A stretch of 64,000 nt of DNA from Ylistrum balloti (Eukaryota). The stretch lies in contig NW_026781911.1 of the NCBI RefSeq assembly GCF_031769215.1, forward strand, positions 310,001 to 374,000, written 5' to 3'. A model generated the notes under the pieces. That model searched no databases, was not told where the DNA came from, and saw only the letters and a list, made by a program, of their open reading frames with translations. Positions 24,860 to 39,240 of this stretch are shown one piece after another. How positions within the stretch are numbered: position 1 is the stretch's first letter; every line of letters begins with the position of its first letter. Both the position numbers and the translations under genes were made by a program.

Positions 24860-26433
24860 CAAACAGAAGAAACAAAGAGAAACTTTACCCGGAAGAATTG
24901 TGTTTGAACTAATCCTAAAATAACAACTCCACTATAACGATCACATAAGCATACGAACTATATGTCATTAATTATTTATTTCTCGATAAAGACACGAAGC
25001 ATCCATTTTTGTAAAACGATAGAAATGAAGGGTAATGATCTTTAAAGCAGATAACTATTTATGTGTGTAATATATGAAATGTTAACTAGTTTTTTTTCAT
25101 TGTATTATCATATTAGACGTCAAAAACTTTGGTCAGTAAGTTTTTCCAGCTTTAGGCGACTTATCTCTAGATACACGTGTTCTATCGTACAACAAAAAAC
25201 ACATGGTTACATATTAAAATACGAAATATATAAAGATTAGAGAAACATTTTGTACTACATATAGCTACTACATATAGAAAGGCAATGGAGAGAGAGAGAT
25301 AGAGATCAATATGTTGGCTGTTGATGGTTTAAACTTGTCCATTTGTAATCTGAAGATTAAATGTCTACTGGAAATTTTCAGTGTACAGTAAATAGGTCAA
25401 GTAAGACCTTATTCTAGAATAGTTATTTTGAAGGGAGCTAAAGTTGTTTGTTTTCCACGTTATCAATCAGGTTTGCTACTGTGTTATTTGATAAATTTAT
25501 GTTGCAATAAATAAGTTTCAAGCTTGATTTTCCTTCCCATATGAAATGCATGTATATGTTTGTGTATATGTGTAATATGGTTGAATATTCAATAAATATT
25601 GTTTAAACTAACCAAACTAGATTATCGAACCACCAAGCCGCATATTCTTTATACAACTGAGGACCGGTTTCTGTAACAAGTCCATTACCGAATTGAATTT
25701 AGCATTGGAGAAGACGTCGTTACATCAAATCCGAATTCACTCAAGGAGAGCATTATTTTAGAAACGTAATTTAGATCAGAATTAATTTACATGTAATGGC
25801 TTAACCCTTCCATGCCTTTGTCTTGTTAACGATTTTGCCAACTGTAAACTGATGACTTATATGCTGCCAAGATTAAAACTTTCTGTTGTTCGTGAGAAAT
25901 TGAAAGAACTTGATGTTACATGTATATATTTCAGTCCATACTAAAATGAAAACAGAGTTAGAAGCGTTGTCCAGAGGAAGTGAATTACTGATTTTCAGAA
26001 TTGGTCAATGATGACCAAGAAAGGTACACGTATAGGGAAAGACAAAAGTATCTCAGTACGACATATTACATCCTACACTTTGTTAGTAAATTTTCAGAAA
26101 AAGAGTTGTTCACGGATAAATTACCTATTTGGACATAATGTCGTTTATCTGACTCAATGATAAGATCAATCTGATTTAATTAGGTTTTACGAGTAAATTA
26201 GCATGATAAAAATACGGTATGTTGTCATACTTCCTTATTTCATGTACATGTACTCGAGACACGAACTGTATGTTTCATCATACCTTTGGAAAGATTGCTA
26301 TCTGGCATGGACTTAAAACGTTCTAGCATATTAAAATTACATTTATCAGTTCAAAGGTAGGAATTAATGTATGTTCTAATAGTTCAATAGTATTGATTAC
26401 TGATAAGGAGTCCCCATAAAACGTTACCAAATA

Positions 26434-27009
26434 CAGTCAAACTTCGGTATTTCGAACTTCAATATTTCGAATTTTTTTTACTATATTACTATAGTAATTT
26501 TACCTTACTTATTTCGAACTTTTACATATCGAATTTCTCGCTATTTCGAACTTCTTTCTAGTCCTATTGCAATAAAAACATAGGAACATACACACCGGCG
26601 TGTATGACTGCACTCGGAGTGTGTGTATACAAGAGTGATTAATTAAAAAAACATAACACGGACCAATCTATGATGTTTACTTCACGGCAATTTGGACAGT
26701 GTACGAGATTTTCTTATATCAGCATGGAGTCGGTAACGACACCGACAGTGTTAGCGTGACACTCGGTGACATTAGTGCTACTTTAGAAAAACATTTTGTG
26801 CGGGGGGTTGACAGAAGACTACGGAAGCCGGTTAGTCCGGCTTCCGTAGAAGACAAACAACGATGCAAGACTTCTTCATAGACACAACTCGAGAAAAGTA
26901 GTTATTTAAAACAGACTTTAGTGCTTTGATTCAATCATTTAAATGGTTAACGATAATGCTGGAATACAGTAATCACTATTACCCAAGCTTGTGTATAAAC
27001 TTATTCCCC
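26434..27009 (+). mobile_element. Possible Tc1/mariner-type MITE remnant
   Basis: Begins TA|CAGTCAAACTTCGGTATTTCGAAC, which resembles a TIR. No right TIR was found. It is flanked by a 25-bp direct repeat. Confidence 0.35.
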
Positions 27010-29999
27010 AGTCCCCATAAAACGTTACCAAATATAGAATTATTCCCCAGTCTTTTTATTCATCATTTCGAATCGGGAAACAGCCTATGTTATACAAGCT
27101 CTCTTCCTTGAAATACAGGCATTTCAAACAATAACAGGATGATTACTTAGTCATAAACAGGTCAGCACTGGCTTGGAAGATGAAGTGGGATTGATTAAAT
27201 AAAATTCCAGGTTGCGGTAGACAGCTGTTTTAAATAAACAATACATTTACCACATCATACATGTATGGACACGTGGATATAAAACTAATGATATTTAATG
27301 ATTATACGCATAATGTTATTTGAATTAAGTTAAGGACAGAAAGAGAATATAAATTACATTATTATACTCCTTAGTCTCCAGATATCAATTATAACAAGCC
27401 TGCGCGAAAATGTTCTTAATAATGTTAAGGTTTTTAATGTTACAAACAAATTGGAAACTCTATATTAACTCTATAAAGTAACAAAGGTAAGGTATGTAGA
27501 AAGACAGTTGTAATATAATATTATATACCACACTTAGGGAGACTTTTGACACTGTTCACTAGTGTTTGAGATCAGTCTCCATATATAGATATATATTGAT
27601 TTGGCGGGTATTTTAACAGTATTCTTTTACGGAAGGGTTGCGCTTCGGACATTCTGAACTTTCCACCTGTATGACCTTATTACCGGGACGTTATATATAT
27701 ATATATACTGAACTTTTCACTGATATATCTTATCACAGGCTGTGCAATTAAACACTTCCTGGTTGTAGTGTTGATAATAGAGATCGATTCCGAGAACCAA
27801 ATGAACCGATATCAGTGAAATAACCCGTGATAGGTCACGTATACAGAAAACTGATAGTCAACGTCCTGTTAGCTTAAGTAACAAAATATATGTTTTGTTA
27901 TCTCCATCTTCCTCCAAAACATCATATTATAGTTATGAATAAAACTACGCTGACAGATGGCGTTGAACTGCAGAAAACTTTTGTCATTGAAGCTCCTGAC
28001 CAGTAACCAGTGAAGATGTGTGGGGCGGCAGAAAATTTTCAATTAAATTAGTTGGTTGGAATGAAACGTGTGTGTCATATATTGTCCTGAGAGGAGGAAA
28101 TAACTGACTGTGTTGGATGTAAACCCAATGCATCAAGATTACTGATCGGGACGAAATCATTCAGCATGATTTATTTACAATTCTATCTTTAATCCCTTAC
28201 GAAACAAGCATTTTCATTGGCCATTATTTTTATATAAACATCACCATAACATAAAAAAAAAAAATCGACGTCATTTTGTACTTTTATGTTTGATTGACGA
28301 ATGCGGCGGTGTTAGATATTATCAAAGAAAAAAGCTCACTGAAGGCAAAATTTTGCAAGCTTCGATATGATCTAAGGTTTAACTTAAAAAATAATTTTTA
28401 TCAAACTCAAAGAAAGTTGCAATAAAACGAGAACGTAATAAGCGTTTGAATTGTATTTTTCTTTCCAGTAATAAGTTTAATGCCGTATATCTTGTACTCA
28501 ACACATGTTTTATGAAGTGTGACTACCCATATCAGTTGCTGGACGTGTTTCAATCATACTTTAAACGATATGTTTGACTATGTCGTGTAAACATATTTCA
28601 CAAAATCTATCATTAAGTCCCTGTGATAATTTTACATACACGTTTTATACTAGTTCGACCTAATCACTATCAAAATTTCTCAATAATATGTTGAAGTAAT
28701 TATAAACTGACTTTTTGATGTTATTGTACACCTGTCTATCCATACGTATGGTCTTAAGACCAGAACTAAACATCATCAAACACCTATTAAACACAGCCGT
28801 CCGGAAAGTCTATATACATATATCTTTTTTTAAATACAAGTTTAACAGAACGATAATTGGGGTGTTGCCTCAGCGACATGGAGAGAAATAATGAAATTAA
28901 GAACATGACTCATAGAAAAATACACTTAAGAACACTCGTTGTGGTTACACAGCTATATGTAGTCAGTTTCATGGATGATATATCTACTACTGTATTACAT
29001 GATAACCATACATTTAGTTAAAGTTATGTGCTATATCACATTTTATACCTAGGATTTGTGCAAGTGTAAGCTCATCAGTGTATAGCCCTTGTTATATTCC
29101 GTACATACCTGCAAGTATCATAAATAACACCTATGATAACATATATATGATAGTTTTGTTGTTAAAATATATTTTAAAGATGTTCGTATTGTGTGATTCA
29201 GAGGAGGAAACGAACAGCCTTGATATACGACACCTAGACAGTAAATTGACAACTGATTAGGGTTTTTGAAGCCCGCCGACGTATCCTCCAACGAGATATG
29301 CGAATAACTATGGCTAACATTTAGACAGAATCGTTATGTGATGAATCAGGCACTATTTACTCTATCGGAAAATTTGTCATATAAATTCTTTCCCTCCCAA
29401 GCATTACCCTGAGTCAACCGGACATGTCACAGCAAGGTTTACCTGCTTCTAGGCCACTGCTTGTTTCTATACCCACCAGTATCTATAACGGTCCGTGTTA
29501 ATGGTTTAGAAACTGAGCAATGTATTCGTAATCATGGTTGAAACACATTGTTGATGGCGCATCGGATGTAGATTTTTTCCGAAAGTGTCCAGAACTAATA
29601 GGGATTTTTTTGACAATGGTATCGCTTTACCTTTCTCACATATGACTTGATATCTCAGACTTAGCTTTATGAAATCTGCAATCAAATATCTTGGAATTAA
29701 TTTTTACGATAGACAGTATCTTTCAATACAAATTCGCAGTTATTCGAACTGCACCAATCAGTTGTTTCGTCCTTCTAGAACCACCAGTTCTGCTCGGAGG
29801 CTAACATGTGGGAATCTCTAAAGGGGTTTTGATATTGGTATATAGATCAAAAGATATAGGTAGTGAAGACATGTAAGTAAATACCAAATGATGAATTTAA
29901 CTGATTTATGAAAACTTAAAAGGTGACTTAGTAAAATCGTAATTCGTTCCTGCAAATAATAAAAAAACAAATGGGGTCATGCATTAAACCTTTAATATT

Positions 30000-30775
30000 T
30001 TGTCTAGCCTTAAGAACAATTTTCAACAAAATTATTTACAACGCCATCCACAACTTGTGGAAATCCCTTGCCATTATCAGTTTTTTTACGGCCAATCTGA
30101 AATACTTGAACGCAATACTTCTATATTTGTACACAATCTTTCACATCAGCTGCTTATCTCGATCTTTTCCTACAACGAAAACCAACATGGACAGCTTGCC
30201 ACCAAGCTGCAAGATAAACGTAATGATTTCAATTTTCCTTTAGTAAATTTTTCATTTCTGGATAACAATATCCATGCATCTCCAAACTATGGCATTAACA
30301 TTTCACAGTTGATTCGTTATTCAAGGGCCAGTGCCTATTATCACGATATTCGTGCAAGAAGTCTTCTGACGGACAAACTCATGGCACAGGGTTTAAAAAA
30401 ATGTAGGTTGGTGAAAATTATGGGAAAGTTGTATGGCTGCAATAGTAATCTAATTGAGAAATATTCTATTTCTTTGTGTGACATAAAGCTGGACATGTTT
30501 GATGCACGTTAGTTTGCCTGTTGGTTCCGCTGTGTGTTGTATACCTTGGTCTCATTTGAGAACGTGAAATTACTTACTTACTTGGATTGACCAAGGTTTA
30601 CATAGAGGTGGTCGCCGATGAAGTAGAAGACGCTTACTTTTGCGGAACACCTGATCTTCTTCTCCTAGTACTTTTTCAGGAGTCTCCGTGTAAACTTTCA
30701 TTTGTTCATATTTTGTCCCTGTTTTATTGAATTAGAGTTTGGATTTTGATGATGTTGAGATGTTGGTATGTTCTT
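30000..30775 (+). mobile_element. Penelope-like retroelement 3' fragment (RT C-terminus/thumb plus 3' tail), frameshifted
   Basis: TSAAYLDLFL in one frame, then KLQDKRNDFNFPLVNFSFLDNNIHASPNYGINISQLIRYSRAS...KLMAQG. This matches the YDKRDDFNFPIVNFP...SQLIRYAR motif of PLE-type RTs. The ORF stops right after the thumb. Confidence 0.75.
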
Positions 30776-31014
30776 GATGTTTTTAAGGTAAAGATAAACA
30801 ATTGTGTACTTATACTATTTAGTAATGATACAAGAATAAATAAAAAAAATAGTTATAGACCTTAATGGGCTGTATAAACATACCTACATAAATGACTATC
30901 AATGATCACATTACCAGAAGAGCTTGTATATTTGTATGTGCTTATCAAGTGGCGTTCATAAATGGAAATAACTTTACATTTATTTACAACAAAAAGTTCT
31001 TTAAAAAAAGGGGT

Positions 31015-31051
<37 letters not shown>

Positions 31052-31052
31052 T
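31015..31052. repeat. (GT)n microsatellite
   Basis: Read directly from the sequence. Confidence 0.97.
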
Positions 31053-31914
31053 GGTATGAAAATAGAGATTTGAAACGTTTGAGCCATGAAATTATCGAAC
31101 CAATCAGATCCTATCTAATTTTCGGTTATAGTTATCATGCTGTCCAACGTCTGTAGTGATACGTCTGGAACGCCGATTAAACGTACATTCAACTATTTGA
31201 ATCTATTTTAAAATGATTAAACTTAGATATTATCGAATTAAACAACCTTGATTTAGATAAAACTAATTAATCCTAGTATAAATGAACTTTACCTAAAGGT
31301 AGAAATCAATTAAACCTTCAGAATGATGGAGATGCTGGATCTACCTCTGTAAAATTGAATTTGACCTAGATACAATTCTACTACACCTAGTTTAAAATAA
31401 ATGTACTTAGGTTTCATTCAATTATATCTAAGTTCAATTATTTAAGATAAATTCAAATAATCTAATGTAATAAAATGGCTTTCCTTAAGTAGAGTTAAAA
31501 AAAACCCCATTTTTTTCCATATTGTTAGAGGATATAGAACTTGGGGACAAAGAGTTATTTTGGTATAAAATCTAAGATATTAGCGTGTTCCTTTTATATG
31601 TAAGTTTATTTATACCTTTGAGTAATCACCTGATTCTCCCTTTTGTCCCACATTGTCAATACCACAATGGATAGTAGTCAGACGCACGTGACGGTCATAA
31701 GTAGAAACATCTGTCGTACAATACCGTTATATAATGTTAAGTCATATCTTCATTTGGACTGAATGTATAGTTGAACAGCTTCACCTCTTCTTTCCTAAAA
31801 GGCTAACATTCAAACGCTATGTAACTGATACTTACGTTTATAAAGTTAATTAGGCGTTTTTAATCGAATGAATAATGCATGGTTTTTTGTTTGGCGGTTT
31901 TCTCACACCTACAA

Positions 31915-32310
31915 GGATATACCAACATAGCAACATAACCATAATCCAAACTTAAATTCAATAAAACTAGTGCAAAATGTAAACAAAACAAAGAAAGAGA
32001 CTCACAAAAAAGTACAAGGATAACAAGCCAGGTGTTCCGGAAATGTAAGAGTCTTCTACTTCATCGACGACAACCTCCATGTAAACCTTGGTCAGTCAAA
32101 GAAAGGAATGCTACGTTCTCACATGAGAACAATGTATTCAACAGCGGAACTAATGGCAAAGTGAGAAGCCTCTAACACGCCCAGCTTCTTATTTCGATGA
32201 GATCATTATGACGACCGTAAAACTTCCCCATAATTTTCACCTACCTGCATCTATAAAACCCAGTGTTTCGAGTTTGTCCGTCAGTTGAATACTTCTTGTT
32301 ATCGTCCTTC
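31915..32310 (-). mobile_element. Second, 5'-truncated copy of the same PLE, inverted relative to the first
   Basis: Its reverse complement aligns with 30350-30775, e.g. gaccaaggtttacatggaggttgtcgtcgatgaagtagaagactcttac vs gaccaaggtttacatagaggtggtcgccgatgaagtagaagacgcttac. Confidence 0.85.
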
Positions 32311-32330
32311 AAAATGAAAGAGAGGGTGAT

Positions 32331-32790
32331 TTTTAGTCCGTAATTTTATACAGCGGACTGTTCAAATTGACCTGCGTCCGTCCGGGTGTGTGAGGTCCGT
32401 CGTCCGTCCTTAAACATGTATTGTTATGACTATTTTTAAGGAGTACTAGTTGGCTGGATGGTTCTCTCCTTTTGGACTGAGCATAAACAAAATAGCTGCC
32501 ATGCAGCAATCTTTGATTTTGACAATAAAAGTTTGTTATCATTGTTTCTCGAGAAATATTGGATACACAAGTTTCTCTGGTCGGTCTCTGGTTGTGCCGT
32601 CTTGATTCTGATTCAGAAAATCAAACTCACTGGCAAAAACAAGGAAAGTTTGATAGTGCTATTTCTTGAGAAGGTCTTTCTGGACCTTTTATCAAATTTC
32701 ATATGTAGGCTCCCTTGGTCCCTAGTTGTGTCCCTTTGATTTTGGGACTGATTTTATTGGTATTTCTGAAGAGGAATTCCCAGATTTCAT
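32331..32790 (+). mobile_element. Degenerate HINE-like element related to the one at 15004-16502
   Basis: tttttagtccg...cagcggact hairpin start, gtcc microsatellite, and core similarity (aaatttcatatgtaggctcccttggtccctagttgtg). Confidence 0.65.
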
Positions 32791-34650
32791 ATATAGAAGA
32801 GAAAAGTAGTGGATAAATAAAACAATGGTTTCTTTGCTTTCTTCTCGGTTTAAGGATCTGATTGTAACATCAAAATAATGAAAAAGGTCTTAAATAAAAT
32901 TGTTCTATTTATTTTCTCCAGTACGAAGATTTTTTTAACAGAGAAACACATGCAGCATTCTCAAATACAATATCAGCACATTTACATCGAATTAGAGTAT
33001 CTACTTTATCTGGAATAATTAACATTATGATGACATTATTTACACACTAATGAAAGTTATTAGCAATAGATTAAGAATACATTGTTTATTTACTTAGTAA
33101 ACATTCAATATAAAACTAAAATAAAATTAGAATACTAAAACATTGACTAATAAGGTGACACGGGGTATTTTGCTGTGTTTATGCGAAAACGAGCGGGTAT
33201 TATCTAAGGAACAATTTTTCATTTTTGTTGATTACTGGTGTGTAACTTGCAATGCTTTTAAATAATGCGTGTTATGTCGAAATATCTGTTTGGAAATGCA
33301 CTTTACCGCACAACATTAAAGAACCAAAAGAAAAAGGGAAAATAAGAGAAAACATATCACTTAAATTTACATTTCGACATTTTTGTTTTATTTACGCTTC
33401 TTAAAAAAGTGATAACCGTCATTAAATGACCGTTGTACACCCTGACGGCATAGCAAATCGGTGTGTCCAAACTTGTGGAAAAAGTTGTCACTACAATTTT
33501 GTTCGTAAGGTCAAGTAGAGATGATACCACACCACGTGTGTATTGTTACTATACTTCCTTGTAATCCAGATGTCACACGTGCAGAGATATTACACGAAGT
33601 ATAATTACGATATTTAAGACAATAACATATTGATTTCTAAATATAGGGAGATTTATCAACAGCAGAATCATACTTTACTAAAAAAAAAAACACATGCTGT
33701 TTATCTTTAGATGTAATACCATCCTCTGTGGTTCAAGTGTTAGATATAACCTACCACACCCATCTGCAAACAATTTGATATATACATCTGTAAACATTCG
33801 TGCGTGATGATATGTCCCTGTGACTAAAACTGTTAAAAAAACTGTTGACATATACAATATCATTCAACGCCCAAAGCAATACACAGGGAGGAAATAATTT
33901 CTGGTGGACAAGGCAAGTGAATATTTTATACCCATAGTTTGTACCCATTGCTGGTAGGCTTAAGTATCTCATTCTACTTTGAAATGTCCGAATTCAGATC
34001 AACAACTGCATTGAAAAAGAGAAGAGTGCACGATGATAACAAGAATATCATGTTTTATGTGTGAATACGATAAGAGATACCTTTCATACTGTTTCAAAAT
34101 ATGCGTTGTATGTAAAGTCAGTACGTACATTTTGTTTGAAGGTTTATACCACTTTTTGAATGTCATGTCATAGTTGATTTAATATTAATTTCCTTGAAGG
34201 TTGTCGACAGCTGACAACACATAGTTTCGAGAGCTTTGGGTTGATGCCAAAGACTGTAAAGAAGTTATGTAGTCGTTTTCTTGATTCTGTTGAGAAATAT
34301 ACACGTGTTCTTCCAAAATTACCAAATATATGAAAATTTATTTAATTATGAGGGTTGGTGCACCTTCCTTTCTAGGTTTCATATTTCTTTCGATCATTTT
34401 AAGTTTCCTCAGTCGCCTCTTACGTTTCAACATTTAGGCCCTTAGCAACACTGGCGAATCCCAGACGGAGCTGTATGAAGCAGTTTCATAGTTTGGCTCT
34501 ACCATATTTAATATAAATTGTGTATGAAAAGATGCTATTCACTAACATGTCTTCTATATTCCTTGACCGATCTGCAGATACATGTGTTCGATGTATTGTG
34601 GTTTTGTTGTAACATTGTTTTTTATTTTGAGGACGTGACATTGTGACATT

Positions 34651-37600
34651 CGGGTACGCTAACAGACAGCACAAACAATGAATCTGTCTGGAACGCTAAC
34701 AGACATCACAAACGATGAACCTGTCGGGCACGCTAACAGACAGCACAAACGATGAACCAGCCGGGCACGCTAATAGACACCACAAACGATGAACCTGCCT
34801 GGTACGCTAACAGACATCACAAACGATGAACCAGCCGGGCACGCGAACAGCAATCACAAACGATGAACCTGCCTGGTACGCTAACAGACATCACAAACGA
34901 TGAACCTGCCGGGCACGCGAACAGACATCACAAACGATGAACCAGTCTGGAACGCTAACAGACATCACAAACGATGAACTTGTTGGGCACGCTAACAGAC
35001 ACCACAAGCAATGAACCTTTCGGGTACACTAACAGACATCACAAACGATCAACCTGTCTGGCACGCTAACAGACATCACAAACGATGAACCTGCCGGGCA
35101 CGCTAATAGACATCAGAAACGATGAACCTGCCGGGCACGCGAACAGCAATCACAAACGATGAACCTGCCTGGTACGCTAACAGATAGCACAAATGATGAA
35201 CCTGTCGGGCACGCTAACAGACATCACAAACGATGAACCTGCCTGCCGGGCACGCTAGACATCAGAAACGATGAACCTGCCGGGCACGCGAACAGCAATC
35301 ACAAACGAAACGATGAATCACTAACGATGAACCTGTCGGGCACACTAACAGACATCACAAGCAATGAACCTGTTGGGCACGCTAATAGACACAACAAAAG
35401 ATGAACCTGCCTGGCACGCTAACAGACAGCACAAACGATGAACCTTTCGGGTACACTAACGGACATCACAAACGATGAACCTATCTGGAACGCTAACAGA
35501 CATCACAAACGTTGAACCTGTCTGGAACGCTCACAAACGATGAACCTGCAATGAACCTTTCGGGTACACTAACAGACACCACAAGCACGAACCTGCCGGG
35601 CACGCACACACAAACGATGAACCTGTCGGGCACGCTAACAGACATCACAAACGATGAACCTGTCGGGCACGCTAACAGACATCACAAACGATGAACCTGC
35701 CGGGCACGCTAATAGACATCAGAAACGATGAACCTGCCGGGCACGCGAACAGCAATCACAAACGATGAACCTGCCTGGTACGCTAACAGATAGCACAAAT
35801 GATGAACCTGTCGGGCACGCTAACAGACATCACAAACGATGAACCTGCCGGGCACGCTAACAGACATCACAAACGATGAACCTGTCGGGCACACTTACAG
35901 ACATCACAAACGATGAACTGTCGGGCACGCTAATAGACATCAGAAACGATGAACCTGCCGGGCACGCGAACAGCAATCACAAACGATGAACCTGTCTGGT
36001 ACGCTAACAGACAGCACAAACGATGAACCTGCCTGGTACGCTAACAGATAGCACAAATGATGAACCTGTCGGGCACGCTAATAGACATCAGAAACGATGA
36101 ACCTGCCGGGCACGCGAACAGCAATCACAAACGATGAACCTGCCTGGTACGCTAACAGACATCACTAACGATGAACCTGTCGGGCACACTAACAGACATC
36201 ACAAACGATGAACTGTCGGGCACGCGAACAGCAATCACAAACGATGAACCTGCCTGGTACGCTAACAGACATCACTAACGATGAACCTGTCGGGCACACT
36301 AACAGACATCACAAGCAATGAACCTGTTGGGCACGCTAATAGACACAACAAAAGATGAACCTGCCTGGCACGCTAACAGACAGCACAAACGATGAACCTT
36401 TCGGGTACACTAACGGACATCACAAACGATGAACCTATCTGGAACGCTAACAGACATCACAAACGTTGAACCTGTCTGGAACGCTAACAGACATCACAAA
36501 CGATGAACCTGTCGGGCACGCTAACAGACACCACAAGCAATGAACCTTTCGGGTACACTAACAGACACCACAAGCAATGAACCTGTCTAGTACGCTAACA
36601 GACACCACAAGCAATGAACCTGCCGGGCACGCTAATAGACATCAGAAACGATGAACCTGCCGGGCACGCGAACAGCAATCACAAACGATGAACCTGCCTG
36701 GTACGCTAACAGATAGCACAAATGATGAACCTGTCGGGCACGCTAATAGACATCACAAACGATGAACTGTCGGGCACGCTAATAGACATCAGAAACGATG
36801 AACCTGCCGGGCACGCGAACAGCAATCACAAACGATGAACCTGCCTGGTACGCTAACAGACATCACTAACGATGAACCTGTCGGGCACACTAACAGACAT
36901 CACAAACGATGAACTGTCGGGCACGCTAATAGACATCAGAAACGATGAACCTGCCGGGCACGCGAACAGCAATCACAAACGATGAACCTGTCTGGTACGC
37001 TAACAGACATCACTAACGATGAACCTGTCGGGCACACTAACAGACATCACAAGCAATGAACCTGTTGGGCACGCTAATAGACATCACAAACGATGAACCT
37101 GTCGGGCACACTTACAGACATCACAAACGATGAACTGTCGGGCACGCTAATAGACATCAGAAACGATGAACCTGCCGGGCACGCGAACAGCAATCACAAA
37201 CGATGAACCTGCCTGGTACGCTAACAGACATCACTAACGATGAACCTGTCGGGCACACTAACAGACATCACAAACGATGAACTGTCGGGCACGCTAATAG
37301 ACATCAGAAACGATGAACCTGCCGGGCACGCGAACAGCAATCACAAACGATGAACCTGCCTGGTACGCTAACAGACATCACTAACGATGAACCTGCTTGG
37401 TACGCTAACAGACATCACAAACGATGAACCTGCCTGGTACGCTAACAGACATCACAAACGATGAACCTGCCTGGTACGCTAACAGACATAACTAACGATG
37501 AACCTGTCGGGCACACTAACAGACATCACAAGCAATGAACCTGTTGGGCACGCTAATAGACACCACAAAAGATGAACTTACCTGGTACGCTAACAGACAG

Positions 37601-37930
37601 CACAAACGATGAACCTGTCTAGTACGCTAACAGACATCACAAACGATGAACCAGTCTGGAACGCTAACAGACAGCACAAACGATTGACCTGTCGGGCACA
37701 CTAACAGACATCACAAACAATGAACCTGTCGGGCACACTAACAGACATCACAAACGATGAACCTGTCGGGCACACTAACAGACATCACAAACGATGAACC
37801 TGTCGGGCACACTAACAGACATCACAAACGATGAACCTGTCGGGCACACTAACAGACATCACAAAAGACGAAACCTTCGAGCACGCTAACAGACATCACA
37901 AACGATGAACCTGTCGGGCACGCTTACAGG
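34651..37930. repeat. 37-bp minisatellite, about 88 copies, with higher-order variant blocks
   Basis: Unit acaaacgatgaacctgtcgggcacgctaacagacatc. It decays into degenerate units up to about 38060. Confidence 0.97.
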
Positions 37931-39054
37931 CATTATAAAAAATTTAAGCAATGAGTACACCAACATGCATAAAAACCGATGAAACCTTCAGGCATATATC
38001 AACAGACATCAGCGGACACACTAACAGGCACTTAAACGATTAAACCATCGGTCACGCCTAGAGAAAAACCAAGAAATATTTAAATACTGGAAGTAACCAA
38101 AAGGCACTAGATACTATAGAATCGCCAGTCAGTCACCCTAACATGCATCAAAGTAATGAAAGCGTCTGGCATTCAAATATGCTAATTGAAATGCAGGAAC
38201 AACGAAAACTTTAGATACAAACATCTAGATCACTATTTCTTCACTAGTCATTGCTTTTAAAAAAGGATTGTTTGTTGTCTAAATATAACGTAATTTCCGT
38301 GCGTGAGGTGGAGCAGGTAGTCTTACAAACCAGATTTTCCTGTTTTAAACATGTGTATAGAAAACTGATGATATCGTTGTATTACCTCATTCTCTAGCAA
38401 TTATTTATTTTAGACACGTACATTAAAAAGACATGTAACTTACTAAAGTTAGGTACAACTCAAATGTATGTAACATGGTATTAGTGACCATATGGAGCAC
38501 CCAAGTAATCGGTAACAATTAGTGTCCATACAGAATAGTGTCTTAGAATTTTCTAGAATAAAAAACTGTCTTTATCACTCGTGTCTTTATTTTCGAAGTA
38601 ATCTGCTCCTTTATCAAGACGCAAGTATTACATAAATTACATCACAGACATATAACATTTAAAAAGTATCTACAGATATAAAGTTAAATCGAGAGCAGTG
38701 TTGTAAATTTAGGTGTCTCGATAATCCCTTCGACCCTTTATCAGATACAAAAAGTCATCCTTAGTTATCAAAAATATGTTCAATCAATTTCGGTATGTCT
38801 TGTATGCAACGAAAACAATCGCATGTCACAGTACGAGAAAAGTAGTCTACCGGTTCATCTCGGCTACATTCTAAACGAGGAAATATAAATGTGCATATAT
38901 ATATATATATATAACAATACACGTAAATACACGATGTACATCGACTTACCAATTTATGACAACGGTAGATTAATACTAATAACATGATAGATGTTCGCAA
39001 TCAGTTAAAGTTTTGCCTTGTAGGTAGGGCGTAAACATTGTACCTACTGTCTTC

Positions 39055-39240
39055 AGTTCATGATTGTGAGAGGCGACTAAACTTTTGATCTTAATGTTTC
39101 ACTCTCTGTCCCTAAACACTACTTCACTGTTGGCCTGTAATGAGTGCATTCTTCACTGTGGAGAACCGTTTTGGTTCTGTCCCAGGTCGAGACATACCAT
39201 TTAAAAATGATGGTTACCTCTACCTGTTTAACTTCTAGCA
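39055..39240 (+). mobile_element. tRNA-derived SINE fragments (Meta-SINE-like)
   Basis: Tail-like catgattgtgagaggcgactaaa, then B-box-like ggttctgtcccaggtcgagacatacc...aaaaatgatgg. Family assignment is from memory. Confidence 0.4.

Noticed and set aside
21918-24912. Recurrent 84-94 aa ORFs
   Set aside because: They recur only because of the 1.23-kb triplication, and they have no recognisable domain or splice structure.
30600-30660. Hammerhead ribozyme or SECIS in the PLE 3' tail (ccgatgaagtagaagac...)
   Set aside because: The core reads CCGATGA/TCGATGA rather than CTGANGA...GAAA, and the SECIS AA spacing does not fit. An Infernal/SECISearch run on a consensus would be needed.
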